IMG/VR virus record: IMGVR_UViG_3300035695_000001
Span: 1 to 64,000 of that record
Source of the DNA: a virus
Strand: one strand, 5' to 3'
DNA length: 64,000 bases
Under the pieces are notes generated by a model. It searched no databases. It had not been told where the DNA came from and saw only the letters and a program-made list of their open reading frames with translations. Each line of letters begins with the position of its first letter. Position 1 is the stretch's first letter. Of this stretch, positions 19,694 through 28,133 are shown piece by piece. Made by a program: the position numbers and the translations under genes.

Positions 19694-20961
19694 TCTCCAG
19701 CGCGGAAGCCCCCGCCTCGGCTCTTGCCAGGCGGTGGAGGAAGCGCTGCTCCGTCCTTCGGGTTGATGTTCGTGTCTTAGACGTGGTACGCCTAGGATCG
19801 TGAAGTTGGTCGCCACCGTCAAGTTGCTCGTGGACGCGGAGCAGAAGGCTCGGCTCCTGGCGACGATGGCCAGGGTGAACGAGGCGTGCGACTGGCTCGC
19901 CGAGCGGGCATTCAGCCTCCAGACCGCCGACAAGTTGCGCCTCCAGAAACTCTACTACCGCGAACTGCGCGACCGCTTCGGCCTCTCCGCCCAGCATGTG
20001 GTCCGCCTGATCTCCAAGGTCTGCGAGGTCTACAAGCGCGACAAGAGCAAGCGCTGCCGCTTCAAGCCGCACGGTGCGATTCCGCTGGACCAGCGGCTCT
20101 ACAGCTTCAAAAACGGGCTCGACCGCGTCAGCATCCTCGCGATCGACGGACGCATCATCGTTCCATGCGCGATCGGGGCCTACCATGCTGGGCGACTCGA
20201 CGGCGCCCGCGGGCAGGCCGACTTGGTCTACCGCAAAGGGGCGTTGTACCTCTTCGTCAGCGTCGAGGTCCCCGATGGCAGCCCCATCGACCTGGAGGGC
20301 TGGCTTGGGGTCGACCTCGGCATCCGTAACTTGGCCGTCGACTCGGATGGCGAGGCACACTCGGGCGAGGAGACGCTCCGCGTTCGATCGCGCATCGCGA
20401 AGCTCCGTGCTGGCCTGCAACGAGCCGGGACGAAGAGCGCGAAGCGGCACATCCGTAAGCTCCGAAGGAGGGAGCAGGGCTTCCACGCCCACAAGAACCA
20501 CGTCATCAGCAAGCACATCGTCCGCAAGGCCAAAGACACCGGGCGCGGGATCGCAGTGGAAGACCTCCACGGCATCCGCGACCGGGTAACGGTTAGGAAG
20601 GCCCAGCGGAGCGCGCTGCACGGCTGGTCGTTCGCGCAGTTGCGCGGGTTCCTCACGTACAAGGCCAGGCTCTCGGGCGTGGCGCTTGTGGCTGTGGACC
20701 CTCGGAACACATCGCGGACGTGCCCGTCTTGCGGCTGCGTCGACAAGCGGAACCGGCCAAGCCAGGCGGGCTTCCGCTGCATCGGTTGCGGTTTTGAGGG
20801 GAACGCCGACCACGTCGGCGCCAGAAACATCGCGACCAGGGCCGTCGTAGTCCGGCCCATCGTAGGGGCTGTCAGGTTGGGTATCGTGCATCTAGCGAGT
20901 CCTCGACCATGCCACCTGCAAAGCCCCAACCTCGCCGCTGCGGCAGGTGGGGGTTGATTAC
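19690..20961 (+). mobile_element. IS200/IS605-family (IS1341-like, tnpB-only) insertion sequence
   Basis: Related subterminal hairpins at both ends. Left: TCAC target (19686-19689) and GAAG guide at +16..+19. Right: AAAG guide before the hairpin and TTAC terminus at 20958-20961. No tnpA. Confidence 0.88.
19800..20957 (+). CDS. tnpB: RNA-guided endonuclease TnpB
   Basis: RuvC D/E/D intact (GVDLG, AVEDL, NADH); zinc finger CPSC...CIGC; TSRTC motif. Confidence 0.95.
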   Translation: MKLVATVKLLVDAEQKARLLATMARVNEACDWLAERAFSLQTADKLRLQKLYYRELRDRFGLSAQHVVRLISKVCEVYKRDKSKRCRFKPHGAIPLDQRLYSFKNGLDRVSILAIDGRIIVPCAIGAYHAGRLDGARGQADLVYRKGALYLFVSVEVPDGSPIDLEGWLGVDLGIRNLAVDSDGEAHSGEETLRVRSRIAKLRAGLQRAGTKSAKRHIRKLRRREQGFHAHKNHVISKHIVRKAKDTGRGIAVEDLHGIRDRVTVRKAQRSALHGWSFAQLRGFLTYKARLSGVALVAVDPRNTSRTCPSCGCVDKRNRPSQAGFRCIGCGFEGNADHVGARNIATRAVVVRPIVGAVRLGIVHLASPRPCHLQSPNLAAAAGGG

Positions 20962-21048
20962 CATCCCGCAGCCACCTGTCCCGAGGGGCCGCGACGTCAG
21001 GCTGGCCTTCGAGGGGAAGCCGCTACCGATGAAGCCACCAGGGAGGAG

Positions 21049-21288
21049 ATGATGGTCCAACTCTACATCGTGGCGAGCCAGGACAGGGCCGCGCAGGTCC
21101 CCAAGGCCGGCAAGGCGCGGGGGCTCGTCCTGGCCGAGAACGCACTGAGCAGGCGGGAGGATCGGACCCGGCCACCGCTCCCGCTCGACAGAGCGCAGAG
21201 GGTCGCCGACGCTCTCAACCGTGCCCACCAAGAGGATGGGCGCCAGCACTGGGTCGAGCCGTGGACGGCCCCGCAGGATCGGAACTGA
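21049..21288 (+). CDS. hypothetical protein
   Basis: SD GGAGG; ATG overlaps the TGA of the disrupted gene. Confidence 0.6.
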   Translation: MMVQLYIVASQDRAAQVPKAGKARGLVLAENALSRREDRTRPPLPLDRAQRVADALNRAHQEDGRQHWVEPWTAPQDRN

Positions 21289-21346
21289 GCGCACACCCGA
21301 GGGCCATGGTGGTCGCTCGGGTCGTGCCGTGAGAGAGGAGAACGCC

Positions 21347-21538
21347 ATGCCCACGAAACGCACCCGCTTGGTCACCGCTCACGAGATCCTGACCGAGATC
21401 CACAAGGCCACGACCATCGAGATGCTGGCCGAAGCAGAAGCGGTGCTCTCGGAAGCAAAGGTCGCTGGCGTCGTAGAGATCAGCCTCCGGCGCGTGTTCA
21501 ACACGCAGTTGGACCGGATCATCGAGGGCTTCCCGTGA
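21347..21538 (+). CDS. small hypothetical protein
   Basis: SD GAGGAG after a hairpin element. Confidence 0.65.
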   Translation: MPTKRTRLVTAHEILTEIHKATTIEMLAEAEAVLSEAKVAGVVEISLRRVFNTQLDRIIEGFP

Positions 21539-22233
21539 CCGACCAGCCCTGGTGCGGCAAGCGCCGCTACATCGCCGCCGAGAGCAACTTCTGCCTGGTC
21601 CCGCTGGCCAACGCGCCAGCGTCGATCCTGGAGGCCGTGCCACGCTTCCACCGGATCATCCAGGCGACCGGCCAGGATGCGTGGATCGCTGGTGGGGCGG
21701 TGCGGGATGCCTTCCTCGGTTTGGAGCCGAAGGATCTGGACGTCTACCTCGACGCGGCGGGCTCCTGGGAGGAGGCGCGCGCATCGCTGAAGCGTGACCG
21801 CTGCGTCGTGCAGAAGGACCGTCCCTTCCTGGTCGAGTTGACCTCCCCAGGCGGGCGCAAGATCGACCTGATCAAGCGGCTCGCGGACGGGATGCTCGGC
21901 TGCATCCGGTCCTTCGACTTCGTGGCGTGCTGCGCCGCCGTGTCGCGCGACTCGTTCGCCTTCCACCGTGGCTTCTTCCAGGCGGCCGAGACGCGGTCGC
22001 TGGCCCTCAGCGCGTGCCCCAACGCGACGACCACGGTTCGACGGGCCCTCCGGTTCATCGAGCGGGGGTGGACGATGCCGCGGGCCGACGCGGTGGCCCT
22101 CGTCGGGTTGGCCAGCCAGCACGGCCCGGCGACCGACTTCTCCGCGCCGGACCGGGACGATGATGGCTCGCGCGCGGCGGCGCAGGCCGTCTACAACCGA
22201 CGGCTGCTCAAGGCGTGCGAGGTGGCATCGTGA
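21535..22233 (+). CDS. poly(A) polymerase/CCA-adding-like nucleotidyltransferase (head domain)
   Basis: IAGGAVRD...KDLDVY and FDF motifs; RALRF. Confidence 0.8.
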   Translation: MTDQPWCGKRRYIAAESNFCLVPLANAPASILEAVPRFHRIIQATGQDAWIAGGAVRDAFLGLEPKDLDVYLDAAGSWEEARASLKRDRCVVQKDRPFLVELTSPGGRKIDLIKRLADGMLGCIRSFDFVACCAAVSRDSFAFHRGFFQAAETRSLALSACPNATTTVRRALRFIERGWTMPRADAVALVGLASQHGPATDFSAPDRDDDGSRAAAQAVYNRRLLKACEVAS

Positions 22234-24779
22234 AACCGTTGGAGACCGGCTCCGGGAGGAAGTTGCTCCGCGTCTGCCCTGGCGCGGGGGCCCTGCCATG
22301 GGTCGGGCATACCGGCTCCTCGGAAGTCGGATCCGCGATCCACGACGTCATCAACGTGCGCGTGGAGCAGGGCTGGGACGCCTCGGTTGAGGCCCTCCCC
22401 GCCATCGCGGCCAAGCACGGGCTCGACCACGTCGAGGAGGGGGTCTTCCGCGCAAGGGCGCTGGGCTTCACCTGGATGCCGCCCGAGGGCAGCCTGTCGG
22501 AGGTCCCGTTGTCGCTCGCCAAGGGGCCCAACGGGCTCGTGGGCGTCCGCGTGAAGGGTGGGCAGGGAAAGTACGACCTCCCGGAGGGCTGCGCCCCGTT
22601 CGCCGCCACCATCGATGTCATGTGGGCGGAGCCGGAGCCGTTCCGGTTCGTCTGCCCCGTGTGCGCCACCGAGTACGACCGGCCCGGCTTCCACATGGGC
22701 TGCGACGATGCCCCGCTCGTCCCCACCGTCCCGTGGGGGTCGCGCCTGGTGGTCGGCGACCTGAAGGCAGGCAAGGAGGTCCACGTCGAGCCGGTCGAGC
22801 AGAACGCGCAGATCGGCATGGGCGCGGTCCTGGCCGCCCACTACGTCCAGTGGGAGGGAGAGATCGAGGTCGTGCCGGCCCTGCTCTACGTTCGCAGAGG
22901 CCCCGGCGTGCTCGACCGAGGCCAGCCGTGGGACGCCGCGAGGGTTGCCCGTGAACTGAAGGCGCTCGCCTCCGAGGTCCGGGCCATCCAACGCCAGCAA
23001 GACCTCATCGCCGACGGGCAGCCCCTCGACGGGCTCGTGGTGGGGGAGCACTGCGGGTACTGCCCCGCGTTCGAGGCGTGCCCTGCCAAGACGGCGAGCG
23101 TGGCCGCCATGGTCGGCGAGGAGCGGGCGCTCATGGCCCCGGGCGAGATCCCGGAGGCGAAGATCGTCCACGCGGTCTCCATGCTCCAGGTGCTCGACCG
23201 GCTGGGCCGGAACATCCGGGACGCTGCCAAGGCCCACGTCGGCCGGACCGGCAAGCCTCTCCCCCTCGCGCCGTCGAAAGGGTGGGGCCCGCACCCGACG
23301 AAGGAGAAAGTCTTCCACGCCGCCACCGTGTTCCCGGTCCTCGCCGACGTCCTCGGGGAGGATGGGGCGTGGCAAGCGCTGGGTGTGACCGCCGCGTCGA
23401 TCAAGCGGGTCCTGGAGTCGCAGGGCTTGGACCCCGTCCAGGTGACCCAGCAGATGCGGGCGATCTTCTTCAAGGCCGCCAAGGTGCCAGGCGCGCTTGT
23501 CGAGCAGCCTGGGGTGACGTGGGGGGCCTACCGCTGCGAGTTGGACGTGGAGCCCCCCGTGCTCTCCCCCTCGCCGCCGGTCAAGCCTGGGGCCGCAGTG
23601 GAGATCGTCGTGCCCGAGAAGCAGGCGAAGGCCAAGGCGCCAAAGACCCCGAAGGCGAAGAAGGCCGAGAAGCCCAACCCGTGGACGGCGCCGGTACCAC
23701 CCAAGGTCCCCTACCAGGGCAGGGAGAGGACGGTGGCGATGACGGCGGCCCGAGTGAAGGGCGTCGTCACGCAAGCGCTGGTGGACCTGCTCCACGTCGC
23801 GGTCGTGAATGAGCCCGGCCGGCTCACCTCGGCCGAGATGTCCGAGCGCTACGCCGGGGACGACGTGGAGCGCAGGCTGCTCTCCCTGGCCCTGATGATG
23901 CTCGACGGTTCAGGACGCGCCCACCCCGTCAACGGGGTCTGGTGGCCCGATCACACGAAGGAGGAGAAGCATGGCGAAGACGCACCCGAAGCAGGAAGTC
24001 ACGCAAGCGAAGAGGATCCCGACCACGATCACGGGAGGGAGGGACACCTGGGACGTGGTCCTATCGTGCGGCCACAAGGCGACGGTGCCGACCATCCCGG
24101 GGGAGGCCAAGCCCCCCAAGAAGGCGGTGTGCCCGACGTGCCCGCCGAGGTGCGCGTTCACGACGGTCCGCCCGAGCCTGTCGGGTGGGAGGTGCTAGCG
24201 ATCCTGGAAGAGCACGAGGACGCGCTGCGGAGGCGGCTATCCATGGGCCTCGTAGGCTGCACCGTCGGGCCCTGTCCCTTCTGTGGGTCCGCCTTCACCG
24301 GGCTCGAAGCAACCATCTTCGATGGGCTCGACCACAACGCTGGCTGCGCCGGTTGCCGTGGCGTCTTCATGGTCGACATGCCGCCGTTCCTTCCCACGCC
24401 GGACAGCCACGCCATCTGGGAGAGCGTCCTCGCCAAGGCCGTGGCAGACGCTGCGGCTCCTCCGCGGCCCCCGCCGAATGCCCCGCTCATCTGGCGCTAC
24501 TGCTTCGTCCGCGACCCGACCGTCGATCTTCCGACCCTCCCGAACGAGCACATGGTGCTCTGGTCGCCTCAGCCGAAGGCCAAGCGGCTCCCGGCCAAGC
24601 GCCCACCGAAGAAGCCTGACGACTGGGCGCTCGATGGGCACACCGTCCAACTCCTCCGAGGACGAGGGCGAGACCCCGTCAAGGTGCTGGCGGCGTTCCG
24701 GGCGACGTACCCGTGGTGGGAGCCGATGGGGAGGTGGCAGAGCCGCGTCCTCGAATGGGACGCGGCCCTGAAGCAGTGA
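22230..24779 (+). CDS. PD-(D/E)XK (RecB/Cas4-like) nuclease with long C-terminal extension (may be more than one gene)
   Basis: GSAIH, TID, GDLKAG, AQI and HCGYCPAFEACP motifs; C-terminal CPFC/CAGC. Confidence 0.7.
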   Translation: MKPLETGSGRKLLRVCPGAGALPWVGHTGSSEVGSAIHDVINVRVEQGWDASVEALPAIAAKHGLDHVEEGVFRARALGFTWMPPEGSLSEVPLSLAKGPNGLVGVRVKGGQGKYDLPEGCAPFAATIDVMWAEPEPFRFVCPVCATEYDRPGFHMGCDDAPLVPTVPWGSRLVVGDLKAGKEVHVEPVEQNAQIGMGAVLAAHYVQWEGEIEVVPALLYVRRGPGVLDRGQPWDAARVARELKALASEVRAIQRQQDLIADGQPLDGLVVGEHCGYCPAFEACPAKTASVAAMVGEERALMAPGEIPEAKIVHAVSMLQVLDRLGRNIRDAAKAHVGRTGKPLPLAPSKGWGPHPTKEKVFHAATVFPVLADVLGEDGAWQALGVTAASIKRVLESQGLDPVQVTQQMRAIFFKAAKVPGALVEQPGVTWGAYRCELDVEPPVLSPSPPVKPGAAVEIVVPEKQAKAKAPKTPKAKKAEKPNPWTAPVPPKVPYQGRERTVAMTAARVKGVVTQALVDLLHVAVVNEPGRLTSAEMSERYAGDDVERRLLSLALMMLDGSGRAHPVNGVWWPDHTKEEKHGEDAPEAGSHASEEDPDHDHGREGHLGRGPIVRPQGDGADHPGGGQAPQEGGVPDVPAEVRVHDGPPEPVGWEVLAILEEHEDALRRRLSMGLVGCTVGPCPFCGSAFTGLEATIFDGLDHNAGCAGCRGVFMVDMPPFLPTPDSHAIWESVLAKAVADAAAPPRPPPNAPLIWRYCFVRDPTVDLPTLPNEHMVLWSPQPKAKRLPAKRPPKKPDDWALDGHTVQLLRGRGRDPVKVLAAFRATYPWWEPMGRWQSRVLEWDAALKQ
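23971..24198 (+). CDS. small Zn-ribbon protein nested out of frame in the nuclease ORF
   Basis: Strong SD AAGGAGGAG; LSCGH...CPTC motif; high GC3. Confidence 0.5.
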   Translation: MAKTHPKQEVTQAKRIPTTITGGRDTWDVVLSCGHKATVPTIPGEAKPPKKAVCPTCPPRCAFTTVRPSLSGGRC

Positions 24780-24780
24780 C

Positions 24781-27057
24781 CTACGCGGCGGCCCTCGCCA
24801 CGTCGTTGGCGGGGGCCCGCCTGAACCTGCGGCGCAGCGCACGCGCGAGCGCCAGGAAGGCCCACGGGTCGAGGAGCGCCTGGAGGTGCCAGGTATACGT
24901 CGACCTGTCCAACGTGTTGGTCGAGTTGACGGTGACGCTGCTCCCGCTGATCGCTGTCGCTTGGAATGGTGCTCCGACGGTCCCCGATGCCGCAGTGAGG
25001 ATGAAGCTGAAGGTCGCCGCTGCGCTCGGGCTGGAGACGTGCGAGAGCGTGACGGCCGAGCCGGTCGCCGTCCACGTTCCCCAGTTGACCGAGGGCTGGG
25101 TGTTGAACCCACCGCTGGCCGGGTAGTTCGTGACCGTGAAGTCGACGTCCCCGAGGTCGTAGAACGTGCAGGCGGCGTTCGACAGCAGCCCAAAGGAAAT
25201 GTCCAACCCGTTGCCGCTCGCACCGTTGGTGATGCCGCGCTGTCCGTGCATCCGGAACACGTCGCTTGCACTACCGCTCGCGATGAACGCGAGCTGGTGC
25301 GACGGGCTGGTCGGCAGGGCGTACCTGTTGTTTTCGAGCACCCACTGGGCACCGCTCCCCAAGATGGCGTTGGAGTTGCTGCCCGGGACCCCGCTCCATC
25401 CGAGGCGCGAGTCCCTGATCGTGATGAGCGCGCCCGCGCTGGCGGTGATGTTGCTGGCCCCGATCCCCGCGTCGGTGAAGTCGAGGCCGTCGATGGTGAG
25501 GTCCGAGCACGATGCGGACACGCCTGCACCAGTCGTGCTCCGCACGCTCCCGCCGGAGACGAGCACGCGGGAGACGTTCGACCCGGTGAACGCCATCCCG
25601 TTCGAGGTGCAGGAGTCGGCCGTGACTCCGACCACGGAAACGCCCGTCGTGGCAGCAGTTCCCGCGAGGTAGATCCCGGTCCCGCTGCCGGAGACGTTTA
25701 CGTCTTGGATGTGGAGCCTGGTGCCACCAGCGATCTTGATCCCGCTCGTCGAACCCTGGTACGTCCCGCCGACGATGCGGATGTTGTCGGGGTAGCTGCT
25801 CGTGTTCTGGGTGTTGATCAACATCGCGTCGGGCGACCCGAGCGATGTGCAGTCGGTGAGCGAGTACCCGCTGCCTCCGTCTTGGATGTTGATCCCGGTG
25901 ACGCTGTTCTTCAGCGCGACGAAGCTCCTGACCTGGCCCCACCGATCGCCGAGGCTATCGTTTACGCCAGGGGGTCCGGCCTCGTCGTTCAGCATGAGGC
26001 CCGTGCTGCCGTTCGTGGCGCTGCATGCGTCGATCACGAATGCGCGCGCGCCAGCGACCGCGAAGCTGCCGGCCGCGCCGAATGCCCCATCGACGTGGGA
26101 CCGGAAGATGCTCGTGCCGTGCGTGTAGGCCAAGATCACGGCCATCGGCGGCGCGCTCGGTCCTACGAGTTGTTGGACGGTGAGGTCGGAGAAAAGGCAG
26201 TCCCTCGACCCGATGTCCCAACCGGCGACCCAGTTAGAGACTCCGCTCGCCACGAGCTTGACCCCGGTGACCGAGGACTCCCAGGTCGCAGTGGCCTCGA
26301 AGAGGCCACCGCCAGACCCAGTCACGGTCATCCCGTGCCCCTCGATCTGGATCCCTCGCGGGAACCCCTGCGACGACAGGTAGACGTTGGTGCTGCCACT
26401 GCCGGTGAAGGCGTAGTCGAGGGCGATCGGTGCCCCCTCCTTGGTGCCGAGCTGGACGACGTTGCCTCCCGGCAGACCGAGCACGTAGGCAGACTGGACG
26501 GCGCGCATGGTAGGCGTAGGGCCTCCGTCAACCTGCGTCGCTGGCCCGAGGATGATCGCTGATCCGACGCTGAGCCCAGCCGTCGATGCGACGGTGATCT
26601 GCGTCGCCCCTACCGCAGCGTCGGCCGAAAGCGTGGTGCGCACCCCGGCGTTGGCCGCCGGGTCCCAGCCGTCAGCGTACAGGCAGAACTGCGAGGATCC
26701 GAGCGCGCCAGCGGTTACGGCGCAACTGATGGTGACCGAAGCGTTCCCGATCAGCCGGACTGGCGTCTCCAACGGGAACACCAGCGGCGTGTTGATGTGG
26801 ATCGTCGAGTTGTCAGCGAACTGGATGACCCGGATGCCCGAGTTGATGAGCGCGACGAGGTTTGGCGCGTCGTCGCCGCCGGCCGGGCTGTAGACGTAGG
26901 CCGGTTGCAGGGCGAACGTCGGCGTGGCTGCGCCGAGCACGCGACCGTGCGACGGGGCGGAGAGCCGAGCGCCGGTCCAGCCACCCCCGAGAGAGAGCGC
27001 GACGAGCGCGAGGATGGCTCCGACGACGCGGAGCACGCGAGCGAGTTTGCTCCCCAT
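24781..27057 (-). CDS. right-handed beta-helix (tailspike/depolymerase-like) protein with N-terminal signal or TM segment
   Basis: Repeated G-I/V-x-I/L beta-helix rungs; TTLSADAAVGATQITVASTAGLSVG; hydrophobic N-terminus. Confidence 0.75.
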   Translation of the reverse strand: MGSKLARVLRVVGAILALVALSLGGGWTGARLSAPSHGRVLGAATPTFALQPAYVYSPAGGDDAPNLVALINSGIRVIQFADNSTIHINTPLVFPLETPVRLIGNASVTISCAVTAGALGSSQFCLYADGWDPAANAGVRTTLSADAAVGATQITVASTAGLSVGSAIILGPATQVDGGPTPTMRAVQSAYVLGLPGGNVVQLGTKEGAPIALDYAFTGSGSTNVYLSSQGFPRGIQIEGHGMTVTGSGGGLFEATATWESSVTGVKLVASGVSNWVAGWDIGSRDCLFSDLTVQQLVGPSAPPMAVILAYTHGTSIFRSHVDGAFGAAGSFAVAGARAFVIDACSATNGSTGLMLNDEAGPPGVNDSLGDRWGQVRSFVALKNSVTGINIQDGGSGYSLTDCTSLGSPDAMLINTQNTSSYPDNIRIVGGTYQGSTSGIKIAGGTRLHIQDVNVSGSGTGIYLAGTAATTGVSVVGVTADSCTSNGMAFTGSNVSRVLVSGGSVRSTTGAGVSASCSDLTIDGLDFTDAGIGASNITASAGALITIRDSRLGWSGVPGSNSNAILGSGAQWVLENNRYALPTSPSHQLAFIASGSASDVFRMHGQRGITNGASGNGLDISFGLLSNAACTFYDLGDVDFTVTNYPASGGFNTQPSVNWGTWTATGSAVTLSHVSSPSAAATFSFILTAASGTVGAPFQATAISGSSVTVNSTNTLDRSTYTWHLQALLDPWAFLALARALRRRFRRAPANDVARAAA

Positions 27058-27060
27058 GGC

Positions 27061-28059
27061 TCAGTAACTCCCTGCCAGGGTTGCAGAGGCGACGCCTGCG
27101 TCGTGTGGATCGACGACGGCCTCTTGGAGGTCGAGCGCCGCGTAGGCGATGCCGCCGCTCACGTCGAGCGGCACCGGGACGACCACCGTGGTGGTTCCCG
27201 TCTCGGTGAGGGTGACCGTGTTCTTGTACTCGGCCTGGTTCGCCGTGCTCCCAGAGATGGTCGGCGCGGAGTTGCGGATCCTGGTCACGCCCATCGTGCC
27301 CGAGGAGTGTCCGATCCTGAGCCGGTAGGAGAGCTGGGACGTGCTCCCGCCGCCCGAGTAGGAGACCACCCAGGTCAGCGCCTTGACCCCCGCAGGGATC
27401 TGGTAGGCGGTCCCGAGGAGCCAGGTGTTCCCGGAGTCGCCCGTCAGCACCGTGCCGGCGTCGAAGTACTGGCTTGGCGAGATGGGCGGCTGGGCCACGA
27501 CGGCGAGCCCCCCGTCGGGCGTGACGGCGGTGATGGCCCCCCCTGCGACGAAGACCGTGCCACCAGCCACCGAAGTGGAGAGCGCCACCGTCGCGGGAGC
27601 CCCAGCGTCGCCGAGCGCGGAGCAGCGGACCCGGAACTGCTGGGCCCCGCTGACGGTCCAGACCCACTGCCCGTCGGACGTGACGGAGGAGACCTCCGCC
27701 CCACCACCGAGTGGGACGGCCGGCGCGGAGTACCAGACCGAGTTGTCGGCGGTGGACTCGAAGACCAGGGTCCCAGACCATGATCCCGTCACGGCGACGG
27801 TGACGTTGGCCATGGCCTGGGTCCCGACCATGACCATCGGGACCCCAGCGTCGGGGTAGGCCGCCACGCCGTCCCACGTCGCGGTCAGGGTGGCCTTGGA
27901 GGCGTCGGTGTTGCCCCCAGCGAAGGCTGCCTTGACGGGGTGCGGGCCGGGGCCTGGAGGAGGAGCGGGCGGGGCTTGGCACCCCAGGACCGCGAGGAGG
28001 GTGGCCAGGAGGACGGCGGACCAGCCCGTCCATCTGGCTTGACGTGCGTTGGGTCTCAT
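27061..28059 (-). CDS. putative lipoprotein, virion/fibre-like beta protein
   Basis: Basic N-region, hydrophobic stretch and lipobox VLGC; beta-rich; DAG repeats. Confidence 0.7.
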   Translation of the reverse strand: MRPNARQARWTGWSAVLLATLLAVLGCQAPPAPPPGPGPHPVKAAFAGGNTDASKATLTATWDGVAAYPDAGVPMVMVGTQAMANVTVAVTGSWSGTLVFESTADNSVWYSAPAVPLGGGAEVSSVTSDGQWVWTVSGAQQFRVRCSALGDAGAPATVALSTSVAGGTVFVAGGAITAVTPDGGLAVVAQPPISPSQYFDAGTVLTGDSGNTWLLGTAYQIPAGVKALTWVVSYSGGGSTSQLSYRLRIGHSSGTMGVTRIRNSAPTISGSTANQAEYKNTVTLTETGTTTVVVPVPLDVSGGIAYAALDLQEAVVDPHDAGVASATLAGSY

Positions 28060-28116
28060 GCCCGGCAGGCTACCACCGCCCCGGGCGGCCCGGTCACAGC
28101 ATGGAACGATCCGTGC

Positions 28117-28125
28117 TGTCTAGCA
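28117..28125 (-). promoter_or_regulatory. single operator motif TGCTAGACA (minus strand)
   Basis: Exact 9-mer in the intergenic gap upstream of 28059. Confidence 0.6.
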
Positions 28126-28133
28126 GCGCGCCG

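Larger units (their letters stand above)
1546..21331 (+). repeat. Dispersed family of 15 intergenic bulged-hairpin elements preceding Shine-Dalgarno sites
   Basis: Copies at about 1546-1587, 2219-2260, 2885-2930, 3918-3962, 5103-5149, 6165-6213, 6937-6981, 9154-9199, 10033-10078, 12343-12387, 12733-12776, 13531-13574, 17696-17740, 18079-18116 and 21288-21331. Pattern: GCGCAC-like flank, ~7-bp stem, 4-6-bp stem-loop, 3' bulge (mostly G), GCGT/CCGT, then (A)GGAG. Confidence 0.9.

Noticed and set aside
19690-20961. IStron or nuclease-dead TldR interpretation of the tnpB element
   Set aside because: Only ~110 nt precede tnpB, leaving no room for a group I intron core, and all three RuvC acidic residues are present.
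1546-21331. Hairpin family as integron attC sites, a CRISPR array or intrinsic terminators
   Set aside because: There is no consistent RYYYAAC/GTTRRRY pair and no integron integrase. The copies are not identical repeats with uniform spacers, and they lack U-tracts.
22230-23100. Cas4 of a CRISPR-Cas system
   Set aside because: There is no array and no other cas gene. Stand-alone Cas4/RecB-like nucleases are common in phage recombination modules.
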